Source: Candidatus Eremiobacteria bacterium (lineage in GTDB: Bacteria; Vulcanimicrobiota; Vulcanimicrobiia; Vulcanimicrobiales; Vulcanimicrobiaceae). Taken from it: a stretch of 64,000 nucleotides of DNA. The DNA is taken from the NCBI GenBank assembly GCA_963758295.1, contig CAVWUU010000001.1, positions 672,001 through 736,000 on the forward strand. Direction: 5' to 3'. The notes under the pieces are model-generated. The model had not been told where the DNA came from. It did no database searches and saw only the letters and a list, made by a program, of their open reading frames with translations. Below are positions 59,856 through 64,000 of the stretch, piece after piece; position 1 is the stretch's first letter, and every line of letters begins with the position of its first letter. A program made the position numbers and the translations under genes.

Positions 59856-62588
59856 TTGCCTAACGCATCCGGCGTCTCCGCACCCTCGGCGCTTTTCCGT
59901 CTAAATGTCGACTCGGCATCGCCGGAGATGGCAGATTTCGTTCAGCGCACCGATTGGTCCGGTAGCCCGGTGGGCGATCCGAGCGGCTGGCCCCTAGCTC
60001 TCAGCACGATCGTCGAAACCGTACTCGCCAACCCGTTCCCTATGCTGGTCTTTTGGGGACCGAGGCTGGTGATGATTTATAACGATGCTTACCGCATGAT
60101 AATCGGGGCCAAGCACCCCAAGGCGCTCGGCCAGCCCGCCGATGAATGTTTCGCGGAAATTTGGGATGTCATTGGGCCGGACATGGAAGCGATTTATGCC
60201 GGGGCGGCAAGCGTTCTCAATCGCGACCGGATCATCGACCTGAACCGTCGCGGGTTTGTAGAGGAAACGTATTTCACGTTCTCTTTCAGTCCGCTTCCCG
60301 ATCCTGAGGCCAAGACCGGAATCGGCGGCGTGCTCGCAACCGTCCAAGAAACGACCGGCAAAGTCGTCAATGAAAGACGCATCACTCTGCTTCGCGACCT
60401 AGCCGTTCGCAGCGCGCAGGCTCGGTGCATCGAGGACGAATGCCGTCTAGCCGCCACAACGCTCGCGAACTATCCGAACGATGTTCCGTTTGCGATGATC
60501 TATCTAGTCGACGCACGAGAGGCCACTGCCCGGCTGGCGGCTTCGTCCGGATTCGATCGCGGGGGCCGGGTGCGGATGGAGACCATCGATCTAACCGAAA
60601 AGGACACGGTTTTGGCACGCGCTATTGCGGATGCAAATCAACCGGTTCTTTTCGAGCGCCTCGACGAGCTTTTGTACGAAGTGCCGCCCGGGCCGTGGCC
60701 CGAGGCGGCCGTCGCCGCGTCGATCGTTCCCCTTCGATCGAGCGCCTCGCACCGGCTTCTTGGTTTTCTCGTTAGCGGATTGAATGCGCGCTTGCCGTTC
60801 GACGAAAGCTCGAAGGCATTTTACGGACTCCTCGGAACGCAGCTATCGTCCGCCATAGTGAATGCATGGACGTTCGAACAAGAACAGGGGCGCGTTAAGG
60901 AAAGCGATTTTCTTTCGGAAGCGAGCCGCATTCTGGCCGAATCGCTGAACGTGCACGAAACCCTTGCAAACATTGCGCGTTTGACGATTCCCGACTTTGC
61001 CGATTATTGCCAAATCGATTTGTGCCGGCCGGACGGAAGCATTCAAACCGTCGCAATCGCGCACCGCGATGAACGCAAAGAACAATTTGCGCAGCAGTTC
61101 GTTGGTCGCGCGCATTTGGATCCGAACGGCGACGGAAACGCGTATGTGATTCGCACCGGCAAAAGCCGGCTGATTCCCGAGTTTCCGCCGGGCGTTTTGG
61201 AAGCCGCGATCGGCAACGACGACGAGCTACGGATCTATCGCGAACTCGGAACGAAATCGGCGGCGTGCATTCCGCTGAAGGCGCGAGGAACGACGCTCGG
61301 CGCTATCGGTGTCGTGTACGGTGACTCGAATCGCCGCTACACCGCCGCCGCCTTACCGGCACTCGAGGAACTCGGCAGGCGCGCAGGTTTAGCGATTCAA
61401 AACGCGAGCGCATTCGAACGCCAGCATCGCGTCGCCGAGTCTTTCCAAGAAGCGTCTTTGCCGTCGGCTCTTCCCACCATGCCCGGCCTTACCTTCGACG
61501 CCGTGTACGTGCCGAGCAGCGACGAAGCCAAGGTCGGCGGTGACTGGTACGATGCCGTGCGTCTTTTCGACGGGCGCATCGTCGTTTCGATCGGCGATGT
61601 TGCGGGCAGCGGACTTAAGGCTGCGGTGACGATGGGGAACATGCGGCAGATCATTCGCGGCATCGCGCAAGTGCATGCCGACCCCGCATTGATGCTCGAT
61701 GCTGCGGACCGGGCGCTGCGTCTAGAGCAGCCGGATCTCTACGTGACGGCGTTTGTCGGCGTGCTCGATCCCGTCGCTCAAACGCTGTCCTTCGCTTCGG
61801 CAGGGCATCCGCCCGCAATGTTGCGTCACGCCGACGGCACCGTCGACTTGCTTTCGGACGGCGGACTGCCCTTGGGTTTGCGCGCGGGCCGCGAGAATGC
61901 CGCTAAAACGATCGACATTCCCAATGATTCGTGTCTGCTTTTTTATACCGACGGGCTTACCGAACTCGAACGCGATGCAATCGCCGGTGAAACCAAACTC
62001 CGCGACGTGTTTTCGCGGCCCGACATCTGTGCCGCGTCGCAGCCTGCCGAAGCGATCCGCCGCCGGTTTCTCGAAGGCATGCCCGCGCACGATGACGTGG
62101 CGATTCTCGTGATCCAAGTTGCAGGCGTTGCGGAAGCGGACCGGTCCCGCACTCCCAACGATCGCTGGACCTTCGACGCCCGCTTTGCCGAAGCGGCGCA
62201 ATCGGCTCGCCGTGAATTCAGTGCAACGCTTCGAGAGCGGGGTCTTTCAGCGGAAGACGCCAGCTCTGCAGAGATCGTCTTGGGCGAACTGCTCGGGAAC
62301 GTCGCGCGCTACGCACCCGGACCTGTTGAGGTGAGCATCGACTGGAGCGGAGCGGCTCCCGTATTGCACGTGCTCGATCGCGGTCCCGGCTTCCGGCACA
62401 TTGCAATTCTCCCCGACGTCTACAGTGAGTCGGGCCGCGGCCTTTTCATGGTTTCTTCGTTGACGCAAGATTTCCACGTCGCGAAACGTCCGCATGGCGG
62501 AAGTCACGCTCGCGCCGTTCTCCGTATGCAGCGCCAGTCGCTCCATGGAGCCGTACCGGCGTCGCTGTTTTGGGCGCTTATCGACTGA
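59856..62588 (+). CDS. PAS/GAF-GAF-PP2C (SpoIIE/RsbU) phosphatase with C-terminal RsbW-like HATPase
   Basis: VGGDWYD, IGDVAG, SAGHPP, YTDGL, DDVAIL; ELLGN, DRGPG, SGRGL. Confidence 0.9.
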   Translation: MPNASGVSAPSALFRLNVDSASPEMADFVQRTDWSGSPVGDPSGWPLALSTIVETVLANPFPMLVFWGPRLVMIYNDAYRMIIGAKHPKALGQPADECFAEIWDVIGPDMEAIYAGAASVLNRDRIIDLNRRGFVEETYFTFSFSPLPDPEAKTGIGGVLATVQETTGKVVNERRITLLRDLAVRSAQARCIEDECRLAATTLANYPNDVPFAMIYLVDAREATARLAASSGFDRGGRVRMETIDLTEKDTVLARAIADANQPVLFERLDELLYEVPPGPWPEAAVAASIVPLRSSASHRLLGFLVSGLNARLPFDESSKAFYGLLGTQLSSAIVNAWTFEQEQGRVKESDFLSEASRILAESLNVHETLANIARLTIPDFADYCQIDLCRPDGSIQTVAIAHRDERKEQFAQQFVGRAHLDPNGDGNAYVIRTGKSRLIPEFPPGVLEAAIGNDDELRIYRELGTKSAACIPLKARGTTLGAIGVVYGDSNRRYTAAALPALEELGRRAGLAIQNASAFERQHRVAESFQEASLPSALPTMPGLTFDAVYVPSSDEAKVGGDWYDAVRLFDGRIVVSIGDVAGSGLKAAVTMGNMRQIIRGIAQVHADPALMLDAADRALRLEQPDLYVTAFVGVLDPVAQTLSFASAGHPPAMLRHADGTVDLLSDGGLPLGLRAGRENAAKTIDIPNDSCLLFYTDGLTELERDAIAGETKLRDVFSRPDICAASQPAEAIRRRFLEGMPAHDDVAILVIQVAGVAEADRSRTPNDRWTFDARFAEAAQSARREFSATLRERGLSAEDASSAEIVLGELLGNVARYAPGPVEVSIDWSGAAPVLHVLDRGPGFRHIAILPDVYSESGRGLFMVSSLTQDFHVAKRPHGGSHARAVLRMQRQSLHGAVPASLFWALID

Positions 62589-62669
62589 GCGTCAGGGCGC
62601 TGCGGACTGAAGGATACTACTCAAATCGCATCTGGGGGACCGCTCGCTAAAATTGTCCGGTCAAAGGGG

Positions 62670-62698
62670 TTTACAGGGGGGGCTAAGGGGGTTATCAT
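62670..62698 (+). promoter_or_regulatory. sigma70 promoter TTTACA-N17-TATCAT for speD
   Basis: Near-consensus hexamers with 17-nt spacer. Confidence 0.7.
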
Positions 62699-62704
62699 GT
62701 TCGC

Positions 62705-62906
62705 CGGACCAGGGTTACTACAAGTACCCTGGATCCACGGTATTGGGAGGGCGCGCCCATTCGCGCCATCGCGACGAGTCGCCCGTGCACCGAAAAGCGC
62801 CGGCAAGAGCTCGTCGATAGGTCGGGGACGTGACGCTGCACCGCAGGCGCCAGCCGACGAAGTCCGGAGGTGGGATTCCCCCGAGGGTCAAGGAGACCGG
62901 TAAGAA
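62705..62906 (+). promoter_or_regulatory. structured 5' leader of speD with two candidate uORFs
   Basis: Hairpins 62706-62736, 62772-62816, 62821-62858, 62886-62898; uORFs 62759-62833 and 62830-62910. Confidence 0.5.
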
Positions 62907-63317
62907 GTGAAGGCACTCGGTACGCACATCGTGTGCGAACTGTCGGGCTGTGATGCGAACGCGCTCACGGACGTCGACAAGGTCCGCGAGATGATGATCG
63001 GCGCGGCAAATATTTCCCGAGCGACCGTTATGGAAGTCGCTTTCCACCGTTTTGAGCCGCAAGGCGTTTCAGGCGTCGTCGTTTTGGCGGAGTCGCACAT
63101 TTCGATCCACACCTGGCCCGAGGCCGGCTACGCTGCAATGGATTTCTACACGTGCGGCGATCACACCGATCCGTGGCTTGCCTGCGAATTCGCGGCAAAG
63201 GCGATGAGTGCCAAAACGATGCAGACGACGGAAGTAAAGCGCGGAATCGCCCAGCCAGGCGGCGCTTTCACCCACGTCGTGACGCGCGATCAGGAAACGA
63301 GCACGCTTTCCGCATAA
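62907..63317 (+). CDS. speD: S-adenosylmethionine decarboxylase proenzyme
   Basis: GVSGVVVLAE-SHISIHTWPE self-cleavage site, YTCG; SD AAGGAG. Confidence 0.95.
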   Translation: MKALGTHIVCELSGCDANALTDVDKVREMMIGAANISRATVMEVAFHRFEPQGVSGVVVLAESHISIHTWPEAGYAAMDFYTCGDHTDPWLACEFAAKAMSAKTMQTTEVKRGIAQPGGAFTHVVTRDQETSTLSA

Positions 63318-63337
63318 ACCACCCTCGAAGGAACTCA

Positions 63338-63375
63338 AGAAACGCTTCGGCTCCGGCCGGAGCGTTTCTCATTTC
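63338..63375 (+). terminator. terminator-like hairpin between speD and speE
   Basis: AGAAACGCT...AGCGTTTCT stem. Confidence 0.55.
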
Positions 63376-63440
63376 CGCAGTCCGCGAGAGGAATGTCCCG
63401 CGGGGGCGTTCTCCGTGCTTGGCGAACCCTGGTGCCCGCT

Positions 63441-64000
63441 ATGCCGAAGACCGAAAACTGGCAGTGGTACGTCGAGGAGTCCGCTCCTACCGAACAACAC
63501 CACCATGCCATCGACGAAGTTTTTTACGCGGGCCGTTCGGAGTTCCAGCAAGTCTCCGTGATCAGCACGCCGGTCTTCGGGAAGATGCTGATTCTCGACG
63601 GCGACACGCAAAGCTCGCAAGGTGACGAGAAGATCTATCACGAGTCGCTGGTGCATCCGGCAATGGCCGGCGCTGCGGATCGTAGCGACGTCTTGATTTT
63701 GGGTGGCGGCGAAGGCGCTACGTTGCGAGAGGTTTTGCGAAATCCGAACGTACGCCGTTGCACGATGGTCGATATCGACGGGCTCGTGGTGGACTTGTCC
63801 AAGAAATACTTGCCGGAGTGGGCCGACGGCGCTTTTGACGATCCACGCGCGCGCGTCATCATTGGCGACGCCCTACAGTTCATGCGTGAAGACAGCGACA
63901 AATACGGCGTTATCGTCTCGGATCTCACGGAGCCGCTCGAAGATTCGCCGAGCAACGTGCTCTTCAACGAAGACGTCTTCAAATTGATCAAATCGCGCCT
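63441..64000 (+). CDS. speE: polyamine aminopropyltransferase (spermidine synthase), 3'-truncated by window edge
   Basis: SEFQ, LILDG, YHESLVHP, LGGGEG, VDID. Confidence 0.93.
   Translation, partial: MPKTENWQWYVEESAPTEQHHHAIDEVFYAGRSEFQQVSVISTPVFGKMLILDGDTQSSQGDEKIYHESLVHPAMAGAADRSDVLILGGGEGATLREVLRNPNVRRCTMVDIDGLVVDLSKKYLPEWADGAFDDPRARVIIGDALQFMREDSDKYGVIVSDLTEPLEDSPSNVLFNEDVFKLIKSR

Noticed and set aside
62697..62903. 68-aa ORF in frame with speD (readthrough extension)
   Set aside because: Its ATG overlaps the predicted -10 so would not be transcribed; speD has its own SD
1..64000. CRISPR arrays, rRNA/tRNA, IS elements, prophage, defence systems
   Set aside because: No regularly spaced repeats, RNA gene signatures, transposase, integrase or phage motifs found by eye; a covariance-model scan would be needed to exclude small RNAs

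Overview
A gene-dense, GC-rich bacterial chromosome segment. I see no rRNA, tRNA, CRISPR array, transposase or integrase. Gene content mixes Firmicutes-like housekeeping genes (pyrK/pyrD 1B, rbgA, prp, chdC, nrdR, SigW-like ECF sigma) with diderm hallmarks (a CxxCH-bearing outer-membrane barrel, a LolA-like protein). This suggests a diderm Terrabacteria lineage such as Eremiobacterota/WPS-2 (inference only). Main blocks in order: DUF1800/DUF1501; an ECF sigma/anti-sigma/two-component/DUF4097 envelope-stress locus with readable SigW-type promoters and two unannotated small ORFs; pyrKDFE; argS-rlmH-dprA; nrdR-dut-panE-chdC; a small accessory patch beside comM; a ribose-type ABC transporter; Ser/Thr kinase-APC permease-USP; trmD-rplS-lepB x3-rbgA-rnhB-yraN; rplU-prp with no rpmA; a lone sufB; an RsbU/RsbW-like fusion; speD-speE. 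Many genes, including essential ones, carry single-base frameshifts that most likely are long-read assembly errors. The most interesting candidate novelty is the roughly 200-nt speD leader. It is strongly structured and holds two chained uORFs (SD+ATT start, then a GTG-start Pro-Pro peptide overlapping the speD start), which resembles eukaryotic polyamine-sensing uORFs. Other notable signals: probable CTG/ATC start codons, many apparently leaderless genes, a structured rplS leader and an orphan Prp protease.
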